Below the pieces are notes generated by a model that did no database searches, was not told the DNA's origin, and saw nothing but the letters and a program-made list of their open reading frames with translations. Below are positions 1 to 6,660 of a stretch of DNA of 49,590 bases, piece by piece. This stretch comes from a virus. The stretch lies in the IMG/VR virus record IMGVR_UViG_3300009365_000061; one strand, given 5' to 3'. The translations under genes and the position numbers were made by a program. How positions within the stretch are numbered: position 1 is the stretch's first letter; the number at the start of each line of letters is the position of its first letter.

Positions 1-119
1 GGTCATGAGTTCGACCTTGATGTTGCCCTCGGGCGTGAACTGGAATCGGTGGTCCAGAGCTATCTGGGCCGACAGTCGGGATACAAATAGACCGGGGCTT
101 CATGGCTGCCTCCGGGCAC
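1..119. repeat. terminal direct repeat, left copy (identical to 49472..49590); circular-assembly overlap or terminal redundancy
   Basis: Compared by eye base for base: ggtcatgagttcgacc...gcctccgggcac at both ends, no mismatch. 1..90 re-encodes the last 29 codons plus stop (GHEFDLDV...GRQSGYK*) of CDS 48914..49561. Confidence 0.95.
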
Positions 120-156
120 CGACCTCGCCTTTTCGTGGGGGTCGGTGTTTTATTTT
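117..156 (+). terminator. rho-independent terminator of the wrapped XRE-HTH gene
   Basis: Stem caccgacc (117-124) / ggtcggtg (140-147), then ttttatttt (148-156). Lies 27 nt after the TAG at 88-90. Confidence 0.6.
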
Positions 157-249
157 ACTCATCCAGTCCACTGGAGTTTCAGCAGAGAGGCTACGACACT
201 GGACCGTCAAAACTGGAGGGTATCTACTTAGTCAGGCCGATGGAGTGAG

Positions 250-279
250 AAAAAGGACGGGGCCATGGGGACCCCGTCC
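250..279 (-). terminator. rho-independent terminator of leftward gene 334..789
   Basis: On the - strand: GGACGGGG (279-272), 9-nt loop, CCCCGTCC (262-255), then TTTTT (254-250). Convergent with the + strand terminator at 117..156. Confidence 0.6.
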
Positions 280-333
280 AAGTTGGAGGTCAGTGGTCGA
301 AAGGGAATAACTCCCACTCACCTCCTTGCCTCA

Positions 334-789
334 CTAGGCCGCGGCAGCGGCCCGGGAGGACTTCTTCTTGGTCTTGGCTGCCACTTCGACGGCTTCGACC
401 ATCTTCTGGAGACGAGATTCCCATGCCTTCTGGGCGTTTTCAGAGATTTCGTCCCTCCGTTTCCATTCCCAGGAACCGTCCTTCTTCTGACGGGCGAAAC
501 CGGGAATCGTCTGGCCAGAGAGGGAGACATCAGCCTTTCTCCAGCCCTCTTTGTCGGTCGTCTTGGTCGACTTGAGGTAGATGCACCTCTCGCCTCCCAA
601 CTCCGGAATGTGTGCCCGTTGGATACGGTCCGGAATCTTCTGATTCACCGGACTGTTCGGGTCCCACCGGGGCTGATAGCCCTTCTTCTCCGGAGACTTC
701 TTGGCCGTGGCCTTCTTTGTGGCCTTCTTGGCCGACTTCTTCACCGATTTCTTGACAGCCTTCTTGGCCGTCTTCTTCTTGGTTGCCAT
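334..789 (-). CDS. lysine-rich (histone H1-like tail) putative DNA-binding protein
   Basis: 151-aa ORF. ATG preceded by GGAGG with 8-nt spacing; own promoter at 886..914. N-terminus MATKKKTAKKAVKKSVKKSAKKATKKATAKK, C-terminus KTKKKSSRAAAAA. Central ~100 aa has no motif I recognise. Confidence 0.8.
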   Translation of the reverse strand: MATKKKTAKKAVKKSVKKSAKKATKKATAKKSPEKKGYQPRWDPNSPVNQKIPDRIQRAHIPELGGERCIYLKSTKTTDKEGWRKADVSLSGQTIPGFARQKKDGSWEWKRRDEISENAQKAWESRLQKMVEAVEVAAKTKKKSSRAAAAA

Positions 790-885
790 GACTTTTTCCT
801 CCTATGGTCGTGGCTAATGGAGAAGAACTCTCACTCTATTCGGTTGTCAAAGAACAACGGGAGGTTCCTCTCCCTGTGTAGCCAG

Positions 886-914
886 ATTATACCATATTCG
901 GAACAGTTGTTCAA
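886..914 (-). promoter_or_regulatory. sigma70-like promoter with extended -10 (leftward)
   Basis: Sense strand reads TTGAAC (914-909), 17 nt, TGgTATAAT (-10 = complement of 886-891). Spacer contains CCGAAT (ATTCGG on + strand, 896-901). Confidence 0.65.
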
Positions 915-924
915 GGGAAAAAAG

Positions 925-1359
925 TCAGTCATCGCTCGTTAAATCTTCGAGGGTCACACGGGACCCATCGGGGTTGCAGTTGGCGAATTTGTCGCCTTTC
1001 CGAGCGAGGAACACTTCGGGGGAGTTGGGGTGTTCGGGGTCGGGGGAGTCCACATCCCACCACGGTTCCTGCCCTCGGTGGGGAATCCAGCCGAGAGTCT
1101 TTCGGTGGTAGGAGGCTCCTCCGTTCCGGGTCCTTCGGACTTCCATCCCCACTACGGCCCATAGTTGTGCCCTGCCTGGGACTCGGGTATAGACATCGAG
1201 AGTCCACCCGGAGAGGTCGTTGCCTCGGGGGTTTCCGTATCGGATGACTCCTTGACCGGCGTAGCCCTTTCGGGGGTTTAGCTTAAAAGGCCCCCGAACC
1301 GGGACTCCATACAGAGGTCTCATGCCTCCAGTGGAACCTGATTCAGGGGCTTGTGTCAA
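925..1359 (-). CDS. hypothetical protein
   Basis: 144-aa ORF. TTG start at 1359 overlaps the TGA of the upstream small ORF (TTGA); alternative ATG at 1323. No recognisable motif. Confidence 0.7.
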   Translation of the reverse strand: MTQAPESGSTGGMRPLYGVPVRGPFKLNPRKGYAGQGVIRYGNPRGNDLSGWTLDVYTRVPGRAQLWAVVGMEVRRTRNGGASYHRKTLGWIPHRGQEPWWDVDSPDPEHPNSPEVFLARKGDKFANCNPDGSRVTLEDLTSDD

Positions 1360-1526
1360 CGGTAAGGTGAACCTTCGGGCCAGTCGAGGTGGGGCCGGAG
1401 CCGTTCGAATTGGCCTTCCAGGTCACGGAGGACCTCGTTGGCCTCGTCGATGTCGGGCGGCTCATCGGCAAAACACCCGAGCAAGTCCTGGAAGGTCAGG
1501 AACAACTTCCGAAGGTCGGCCTTCAT
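1356..1526 (-). CDS. hypothetical small protein (56 aa, below ORF-track cutoff)
   Basis: Hand translation: MKADLRKLFLTFQDLLGCFADEPPDIDEANEVLRDLEGQFERLRPHLDWPEGSPYR*. Its ATG overlaps the stop of 1526..2056 (ATGA) and its stop overlaps the next start. It fills an otherwise empty gap in the operon. Confidence 0.55.
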   Translation of the reverse strand: MKADLRKLFLTFQDLLGCFADEPPDIDEANEVLRDLEGQFERLRPHLDWPEGSPYR

Positions 1527-2056
1527 CAGTTGACCTCACCGGGGGGAGTCATGCCGTCGAGGAGGTCGGCAAGTCCGGCCAGGGGATTGGAAATCCGTTC
1601 CTTGGCCTCGGCCATCGTCTCTCCGCCCTCGGGGAAGGTGGTGGTCACTTGACCATTCACTCCCTGCCACTCGATGACCTTCCCGGTCGACCACTCGGAC
1701 AGGGCCTCCGGAATGGCACTCGGCAAATCCTCCACCGAGCAACTCCGGGCCATGTCCATCACGGTGGCCCAGTCCCAGGGGGTTATCACATCACCGGGCA
1801 CTCCCCTGGCGGCATTGGCCCCCATGACGGGGAACAGGGAATCGGCTTCCTGTAACCATGTGCCGACTTCCTCGGCCACTGTCATGGCCACCGATTCGGC
1901 TAGGCCAAGGTCCATCAACCAGTCGAGGACCTGGGCCTTCGAACGGTGGGTATCGGTCTCGGGGCAACGGACCGGACAACCAAAGGCCCTGGCAGGACAC
2001 TCCCCGCACTTGTGGGCCTCGGAATTGTGTTCGTTGGGATTGGGTCGAGACATCAT
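1526..2056 (-). CDS. hypothetical protein with N-terminal Cys cluster
   Basis: 176-aa ORF. Start overlaps the stop of 2053..2265 (ATGA). N-terminal CGECPARAFGCPVRC (CX2CX6CX3C) suggests a metal site. No family recognised. Confidence 0.75.
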   Translation of the reverse strand: MMSRPNPNEHNSEAHKCGECPARAFGCPVRCPETDTHRSKAQVLDWLMDLGLAESVAMTVAEEVGTWLQEADSLFPVMGANAARGVPGDVITPWDWATVMDMARSCSVEDLPSAIPEALSEWSTGKVIEWQGVNGQVTTTFPEGGETMAEAKERISNPLAGLADLLDGMTPPGEVN

Positions 2057-2265
2057 TCAGTCCTTTCGTTTCGAGGGTCGAATCCGTTGTCATCCAACAT
2101 CTCCAACTCCTCATCCGAAAACTCAAGGTCCGAATCCACTCCCGGACCCAATATCAACTCCGGTTCCTTACTCCCCCACAACAACTCCTCCATGGTCGGT
2201 AAGTCGAGGCCGGTTAACCACTTGATGGCCCCAACGACCCTGGATTCTTCCACTTTCTTACCCAT
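2053..2265 (-). CDS. hypothetical acidic protein
   Basis: 70-aa ORF. GGAGG lies 7 nt upstream of the ATG. C-terminal half is strongly acidic (DSDLEFSDEELEMLDDNGFD). First gene of the leftward operon. Confidence 0.7.
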   Translation of the reverse strand: MGKKVEESRVVGAIKWLTGLDLPTMEELLWGSKEPELILGPGVDSDLEFSDEELEMLDDNGFDPRNERTE

Positions 2266-2603
2266 GATACTGCCTCCATTGGTGTATTCGTGGGACTGTC
2301 TGTGGGAATCAACTCTATTTGGATGTCAAAGAGCGACTGTCCTCGGGGGACAATCCAATCATCTCATCGGACGGGAAAGTCCCCCAAGACAAAACTGTTG
2401 GGCAACTGCATGGCCACAAACCCGTTATACCCTTCTTGCCAAAACGACAATCAGGCCCATGCCACTGTGTCCGGTCACAACGGCAGAGGGATGGGGAAAT
2501 GGGGGAGTCGTCTTCCTCCCTCGTTTCGTTCACTTCAGGCAGCCTCATTTTAATCCCACTCAGTATCCCCCTTTTCTCGACTATTTCGGGGTGCAGTTTT
2601 CTC

Positions 2604-2632
2604 TTCAGATGGGGTAAGTGTTGTCCGATAAT
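2604..2632 (+). promoter_or_regulatory. candidate promoter for rightward genes 2658..3490
   Basis: TTCAGA (2604-2609), 17 nt, GATAAT (2627-2632), about 25 nt upstream of the first RBS. The -35 element is weak. Confidence 0.3.
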
Positions 2633-2657
2633 AGAGATACAGGAAAGGAGGGTACTT

Positions 2658-2846
2658 ATGCACCTCGAAGAAGGAGAGATGATTCAGTTGACCTGTCGGG
2701 CAGGGTCCCAGGTCGGCTCAGTCATCCTCTATGTCACCGCTACCGATATCGGGTTCCTGGTCTATGCAGACGACCGACTGGAGGCCGACCTCCATGGGTT
2801 GCCCCAGGATGACACAGTGGCATCATTCAACCTCAGGGAGGGTTAG
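2658..2846 (+). CDS. hypothetical protein (62 aa)
   Basis: ATG at 2658 preceded by AAGGAGGG (5-6 nt spacing). The longer track ORF from 2319 runs through the intergenic region and is unlikely. Confidence 0.65.
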   Translation: MHLEEGEMIQLTCRAGSQVGSVILYVTATDIGFLVYADDRLEADLHGLPQDDTVASFNLREG

Positions 2847-2848
2847 TC

Positions 2849-3082
2849 ATGGAGACCATCTTAGACACGGGCATCCTCCAGGTCATCGACGACCCGGATG
2901 CAGGAACCTATCGAATTCGTCTCTCACAAGGGGAGATGGTCACACTGGAATACCGAGACAACCATGATAGGTTGATACAAGTCGGAGTGTTGGGACATCC
3001 TCTCCACCTGACCGTGGCCCCCATCAATGGGACCAGGAAGGACCAGGGAGTGGACATCACCAAATTCTTCGTTACCCTGTGA
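2849..3082 (+). CDS. hypothetical protein (77 aa)
   Basis: ATG lies 3 nt after the previous stop, with GGGAGGG upstream. No motif recognised. Confidence 0.7.
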   Translation: METILDTGILQVIDDPDAGTYRIRLSQGEMVTLEYRDNHDRLIQVGVLGHPLHLTVAPINGTRKDQGVDITKFFVTL

Positions 3083-3133
3083 CATGGGATAAGTGCCTGT
3101 GTTACAATTAGATATGAAAGGGAGGTAAGTGCC

Positions 3134-3490
3134 ATGAGAATCAAATTAACCACTTTCGACATCTTCATGACCCATGATGTCAACAACGAGACATACCACA
3201 GGGTCGTCGACCATGAACACAAGGAGGAGGCCGAAAATAGCCCCTTCAGGGCCGAGGAATATGACGGATACATGATTATCGAAGTGCCCGATGGGTGGAA
3301 TGGTCTCGTCGAAATCGAGGACACAGGAGATTGGAAGGTCGTCCTTCCGAGGGGAAGGGAACATCGTTTGGCCAGGGAGGGAGGACAGGTGTCGGGGTCG
3401 TTTAAGATGGCCGACACAGGGGATGGTCGTCTCTATGTGGCCAAGACGGATTGGCCCCTCATAGGGGACAAGGAGGTTGAAGTGTTATAG
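3134..3490 (+). CDS. hypothetical protein (118 aa)
   Basis: ATG preceded by GGGAGG. Followed directly by a terminator hairpin. Confidence 0.75.
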   Translation: MRIKLTTFDIFMTHDVNNETYHRVVDHEHKEEAENSPFRAEEYDGYMIIEVPDGWNGLVEIEDTGDWKVVLPRGREHRLAREGGQVSGSFKMADTGDGRLYVAKTDWPLIGDKEVEVL

Positions 3491-3513
3491 GGGGGCCAGT
3501 CCCCCCTTTTTTT
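3490..3513 (+). terminator. rho-independent terminator
   Basis: GGGGGG (3490-3495), ccagt loop, CCCCCC (3501-3506), then TTTTTTT (3507-3513). Confidence 0.75.
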
Positions 3514-3704
3514 ATCCCTCCAGGTGACTCAGTCCGCCATCCGGCCAGTCCAGGGAAGACTCCGTATTCAGGGAGACTTAGCCTGGGGAAACTTAGTTGA
3601 CCCCTTCTCTGCCAGGAACCATTCAAATAGAGAAGCCTAGAAACAAAGGAACCAGAAACCAATTAAATACAAACCTGCCTTGAATTCGTCATCATGCAAG
3701 AATC

Positions 3705-3719
3705 TTGCCAATGTGGCAA
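3705..3719. promoter_or_regulatory. palindrome TTGCCAATGTGGCAA (TTGCC-N5-GGCAA), candidate operator
   Basis: Perfect 5+5 inverted repeat in a noncoding stretch about 55 nt upstream of the promoter at 3773. A second copy of the same pattern is at 4804..4818. Confidence 0.3.
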
Positions 3720-3772
3720 TTTCGTGTATCATGGAATTCAATTCTTGTTTGTCGATTATCCCTTCAGAATTC

Positions 3773-3801
3773 TTGACATATACCGATGCCGATGATATAT
3801 T
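3773..3801 (+). promoter_or_regulatory. sigma70-like promoter with extended -10
   Basis: TTGACA (3773-3778), 17 nt, TGaTATATT (-10 at 3796-3801). Lies 45 nt upstream of ATG 3846. Confidence 0.7.
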
Positions 3802-3845
3802 CACATTGTAAGGCATAGGGCCTTACACAATGAAAGGGAAAAACA

Positions 3846-4214
3846 ATGGCCAAGAAAACAACCCATAAATACCAGAGGTTCCAATTAAGGAAAAAGGCCA
3901 AGGTCAATGCAAAGAGGAAGGGGACCGGAGACCGGAGAATCCGGGTCATTGACCCCACAGGCAAGGCCCGGACCTTGTATCTTCATACCAAGGTGAACCG
4001 GACCGACAAAGAGGGAACCGGAGACCTCAATATCAGGGGTAACACATGCCCTATCCGGTTCAAGGCCTTGGGCCGGGGGAAATATCAGGTAGAAGGAAAA
4101 ACCCTCTCCTCCGGAGAGATGGCCAAAAATACCCCGGTTCTAATCGAGGCCTTTGGCCCTTCCCCTTGGGAATTCAAGGCAATCATGAAAGAAAAATATA
4201 TCCCTCTTGATTAA
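3846..4214 (+). CDS. hypothetical basic protein (122 aa)
   Basis: ORF with its own promoter and its own hairpin terminator (moron-like cassette). Lys/Arg-rich N-terminus. No family recognised. Confidence 0.75.
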   Translation: MAKKTTHKYQRFQLRKKAKVNAKRKGTGDRRIRVIDPTGKARTLYLHTKVNRTDKEGTGDLNIRGNTCPIRFKALGRGKYQVEGKTLSSGEMAKNTPVLIEAFGPSPWEFKAIMKEKYIPLD

Positions 4215-4222
4215 CCCTAACA

Positions 4223-4249
4223 GGGGAACCTCCGGGTTCCCCTCTTTCC
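4223..4249 (+). terminator. hairpin terminator, copy 1 of a duplicated 20-nt hairpin
   Basis: GGGGAACC tccg GGTTCCCC (4223-4242) followed by tctttcc. An identical hairpin is at 4653-4672. Confidence 0.55.
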
Positions 4250-4266
4250 AGAAAGGGAACACAACC

Positions 4267-4638
4267 ATGACAACCATTAAACAAAATTCACCCCTCCCTA
4301 TCAAAATCATAAGGGAGATGCACCAAGAATTCCACCCCAAACATACCGGATTGATACATCCCGATTGCCTTGTAATGGTATCTACCTATGGTCCGGTTAA
4401 TGGCCATGGGAAAAATATCATTCCCAAGAAGGTGGCCTTTGAAATCCACATCGTTCCCCTCCCTTGGGATAGGGAGACCGAACAGGAAATCCATGCAGAT
4501 TCCCTTGTGGAAGATATCATCTTCGAGGAAACCGAAAACCTCTTCACACAATCAAGGGCATATGACACAAGGGCCTTTATTGTATGGCCAAAAAAATATC
4601 AACAGGAAATTGTTTGCCCGGAAAGGGTAAATGATTGA
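4267..4638 (+). CDS. hypothetical protein (123 aa)
   Basis: ATG at 4267 lies downstream of the hairpin; the track start at 4207 would read through that hairpin. AAAGGGA upstream. Bracketed by two identical hairpins. Confidence 0.7.
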   Translation: MTTIKQNSPLPIKIIREMHQEFHPKHTGLIHPDCLVMVSTYGPVNGHGKNIIPKKVAFEIHIVPLPWDRETEQEIHADSLVEDIIFEETENLFTQSRAYDTRAFIVWPKKYQQEIVCPERVND

Positions 4639-4652
4639 TTGATTGATTTATG

Positions 4653-4679
4653 GGGGAACCTCCGGGTTCCCCTATTTAT
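4653..4679 (+). terminator. hairpin terminator, copy 2 of the duplicated hairpin
   Basis: GGGGAACC tccg GGTTCCCC (4653-4672) followed by tatttat. Lies 14 nt after the stop at 4636-4638. Confidence 0.55.
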
Positions 4680-4685
4680 GCCATG

Positions 4686-4716
4686 TTTTCACGGAACTGC
4701 CATATTTTCACGGAAC
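4686..4716 (+). repeat. two direct copies of TTTTCACGGAAC, 19-bp period
   Basis: cat(g/a)TTTTCACGGAAC at 4686-4697 and 4705-4716, in a ~500-bp stretch without convincing coding potential. Confidence 0.6.
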
Positions 4717-4803
4717 CTCCCTCTGCCCTCCCCCACTCTGTATTCGCAGGGCCGCACCAAGCAAAACCGTATCGCCGCCCGTAGAGAGCCGCAGGAGTGT
4801 TTC

Positions 4804-4818
4804 TTGCCGATTTGGCAA
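4804..4818. promoter_or_regulatory. palindrome TTGCCGATTTGGCAA (TTGCC-N5-GGCAA), candidate operator
   Basis: Same half-sites and spacing as 3705..3719. Noncoding context. Confidence 0.3.
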
Positions 4819-4918
4819 TTTTCTCTAGGGGGTCGTAGGGAGCCAGCCGCAGGGGTTCATAAATACAAAAGGATTATAAATGGCCCTTTTTTTTCGAAAG
4901 GCCTGGGTATCACCACAC

Positions 4919-5165
4919 AAAAAAGACCCCCGCAGGGGCCTGTCATCGTCGGTATCTCTTTTTGCCTCTGGAGGTAAGAATGTGTAGTTCTAACATTCCC
5001 TATCTCTAATGTGCAGGCTTTCCCTGAATCCCTGGGGTGTTCCCTCTCACCCCTTTGAAAAAAAAGTGCTTTTTTTCTTTGTCGGTTAAGGGCAGATGAG
5101 GTGACATCTCTCCGTTGGGTCCAGGGGGCCATGCCTTCTATATCTGTTCCTCCAGTTGGCCTCTT
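4919..5165 (-). ncRNA. candidate leftward noncoding transcript (~250 nt)
   Basis: Bounded by the near-consensus promoter at 5172..5199 and a - strand hairpin plus T-run (GGCCCCTGCGGGGGTC TTTTTT, complement of 4919-4940). Several internal hairpins, e.g. GGGGTG..CACCCC and GAATGT..ACATTC. The only ORF here (4857..5132) runs through the terminator and has a poorly spaced RBS. Confidence 0.3.
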
Positions 5166-5171
5166 GGCCTG

Positions 5172-5199
5172 ATTATACCGGTATTCGGTTTTTGGTCAA
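5172..5199 (-). promoter_or_regulatory. sigma70-like promoter (leftward)
   Basis: Sense strand TTGACC (5199-5194), 16 nt, TATAAT (5177-5172). Spacer carries CCGAAT (ATTCGG on + strand, 5183-5188). Confidence 0.65.
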
Positions 5200-5248
5200 G
5201 AAGAATCGACACCGGACCTCCAAAAATTTTGACACGACACCTTATCGG

Positions 5249-5277
5249 TTGACAATCTATTCGGAATCTGATATGGA
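5249..5277 (+). promoter_or_regulatory. sigma70-like promoter with TGn extension (rightward), likely start of the long operon
   Basis: TTGACA (5249-5254), 17 nt, TGaTATGGA (5272-5277). Weak -10, but the same architecture and ATTCGGA spacer element as 45823..45851. Divergent from the promoter at 5172..5199. Confidence 0.45.
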
Positions 5278-5506
5278 TGTCCTTGATTCAGGAGGACCTA
5301 CCCCGGAACAAATCGGTGTGATGGCCGTGAAAAGCCCGGAGAGGACCTCGATGAGAACTCTGCCGTGCGACCGGAGTCATCTTCCGGCCTCGAATCAGGC
5401 CTTCCCCTCCGAGAGGAGGGAGTCAGGTGGGTTGGTAGCGCAGAGTGGTGGGATGGAGAGGTGGGGCATCTCTCCCTGAATCTCATTCAACTGGAAGGAA
5501 CCCCAA

Positions 5507-5704
5507 ATGACCGATGTGAGAGTCGAGACCAAGGCCAATGTGACCCTGGGAGTCGTGGATGAGGGGGTCGTCCTGGTGTTCGAAAATGGCAACATCAAGG
5601 ACCTGATTCGCCTCCGGTCCTGGGCCGAAAGAGGGTCCATCATGAAGCAGGTGGAGGAGTTTCTGGATGCCCATGACCCCACCCCCAAGGAGGGTCCATC
5701 ATGA
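5507..5704 (+). CDS. hypothetical protein (65 aa)
   Basis: ATG with GGAAGGA upstream. Its 3' end lies within the pair of 21-bp direct repeats next to the methyltransferase cassette. Confidence 0.6.
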   Translation: MTDVRVETKANVTLGVVDEGVVLVFENGNIKDLIRLRSWAERGSIMKQVEEFLDAHDPTPKEGPS

Positions 5705-5710
5705 AGCAGG
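5631..5710 (+). repeat. pair of 21-bp direct repeats GAGGGTCCATCATGAAGCAGG
   Basis: Copies at 5631-5651 and 5690-5710. The second copy abuts the 47-bp repeat and creates a 10-codon mini-ORF, MKQEERINGN*. Confidence 0.9.
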
Positions 5711-5757
5711 AGGAGAGAATCAATGGCAATTGAGCTATTACAAGGCGATTGTCTTGA
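5711..5757 (+). repeat. 47-bp perfect direct repeat, left copy (flanks methyltransferase cassette)
   Basis: aggagagaatcaatggcaattgagctattacaaggcgattgtcttga is identical at 5711-5757 and 6447-6493 (736-bp period). Confidence 0.95.
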
Positions 5758-6469
5758 GAGGATGAAAGATATTCCTGATGGTAGTGTTGATATGGTTGTC
5801 ACATCGCCACCATATTTCAATGCAAGAGAATATTCTCAATACGAAAACATTGGTGTTTATATAAAAACAATGCAAGATATATTTTCAGTTATTTATACCA
5901 AGATGTGTGAGTCGAGAATGGTCATTGTTAATATATCTCCTGTATTAGTTGCAAGGGAGTCAAGAGCAAAACAGAGTTATAGAATACCGTTACCATTTTA
6001 TTTTGTTCCAATGATGGAAACTATTGGATTTGAATTTATTGAAGATATAATTTGGAAGAAACCTGAAGGTGCAAGTGCAAATAGAAATGGAGGATTTTTT
6101 CGACACAGAAAACCTTTGGCTTATAAACCTAATATAGTGACTGAATATATTTTTGTATTTAAGAAACCATCCAAGAAACTGATAGATAAATTTATAAAAA
6201 ATGATAGCTTGGTTGCTGATGGGTATGAGAGAACCAATGTTTGGGAAATGCAACCTGAAACAAAAAGCAAACATTCAGCACCGTTTCCGTTAGAATTACC
6301 AACAAAATGTATAACTTATTATAGTTATGAAGGATGGACTGTTCTTGACCCATTTATGGGAAGCGGAACTACGGGTGTTGCTTGTAAGAACTTAAACAGA
6401 AACTTTATAGGCATTGAGCTAGACCCCAACTATTTCGCTATAGCAGAGGAGAGAATCAATGGCAATTGA
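5723..6469 (+). CDS. DNA methyltransferase, beta-class N4-C/N6-A (SPPY type)
   Basis: Motif IV VVTSPPYFNAREY near the N-terminus and motif I VLDPFMGSGTTGVA near the C-terminus. N-terminal LLQGDCLE is typical of this class. Hand-counted 60-nt samples give about 23-40% G+C, against about 62% in neighbouring queD. Confidence 0.85.
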   Translation: MAIELLQGDCLERMKDIPDGSVDMVVTSPPYFNAREYSQYENIGVYIKTMQDIFSVIYTKMCESRMVIVNISPVLVARESRAKQSYRIPLPFYFVPMMETIGFEFIEDIIWKKPEGASANRNGGFFRHRKPLAYKPNIVTEYIFVFKKPSKKLIDKFIKNDSLVADGYERTNVWEMQPETKSKHSAPFPLELPTKCITYYSYEGWTVLDPFMGSGTTGVACKNLNRNFIGIELDPNYFAIAEERINGN

Positions 6470-6493
6470 GCTATTACAAGGCGATTGTCTTGA
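6447..6493 (+). repeat. 47-bp perfect direct repeat, right copy
   Basis: Identical to 5711-5757. Encodes the last 7 codons of the methyltransferase (EERINGN*) and re-creates its RBS, ATG and first 12 codons. Confidence 0.95.
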
Positions 6494-6585
6494 AATGAAC
6501 TACCTAGAATTCGGATTATGTATCTGGTGCCTGTATTGGGGGATACTCGGGCTTGTGTATCTCCCCAATCCGTGGAAGGAGGTTG

Positions 6586-6639
6586 ATGATGAAGTTCTTT
6601 GTCCTGTTCGTGGACATCTTCTGGTGGCTCCGCGACTAA
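6586..6639 (+). CDS. possible 17-aa hydrophobic mini-ORF
   Basis: GGAAGGAGG lies 3-6 nt upstream of ATGATG. Encodes MMKFFVLFVDIFWWLRD*. Very short, so it cannot be judged from sequence alone. Confidence 0.2.
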   Translation: MMKFFVLFVDIFWWLRD

Positions 6640-6660
6640 CCCCACACCATCACTCAAACC

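Noticed and set aside
5-310. 101-aa + strand ORF at the window start.
   Set aside because: It is out of frame with the real gene 3' end (1..90), runs across two convergent terminators, and exists only because the circular genome was linearised inside the XRE gene.
4631-4648. (GATT)4 / TGATTGATTGA run as a microsatellite or phase-variation tract.
   Set aside because: It has only four units, sits exactly at a stop codon, and merely provides stops in all frames. There is no evidence of variability from a single sequence.
4857-5132. 91-aa - strand ORF as a protein-coding gene.
   Set aside because: The RBS is poorly spaced, the product looks low-complexity and basic, and an intrinsic-terminator-like hairpin plus T-run lies inside it. 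I treated the locus as a candidate ncRNA instead, at low confidence.
5156-5479. 107-aa + strand ORF in the noncoding island.
   Set aside because: It starts upstream of and runs through both divergent promoters. It has no RBS and no coding-like composition. It is more likely the 5' UTR of the long operon.
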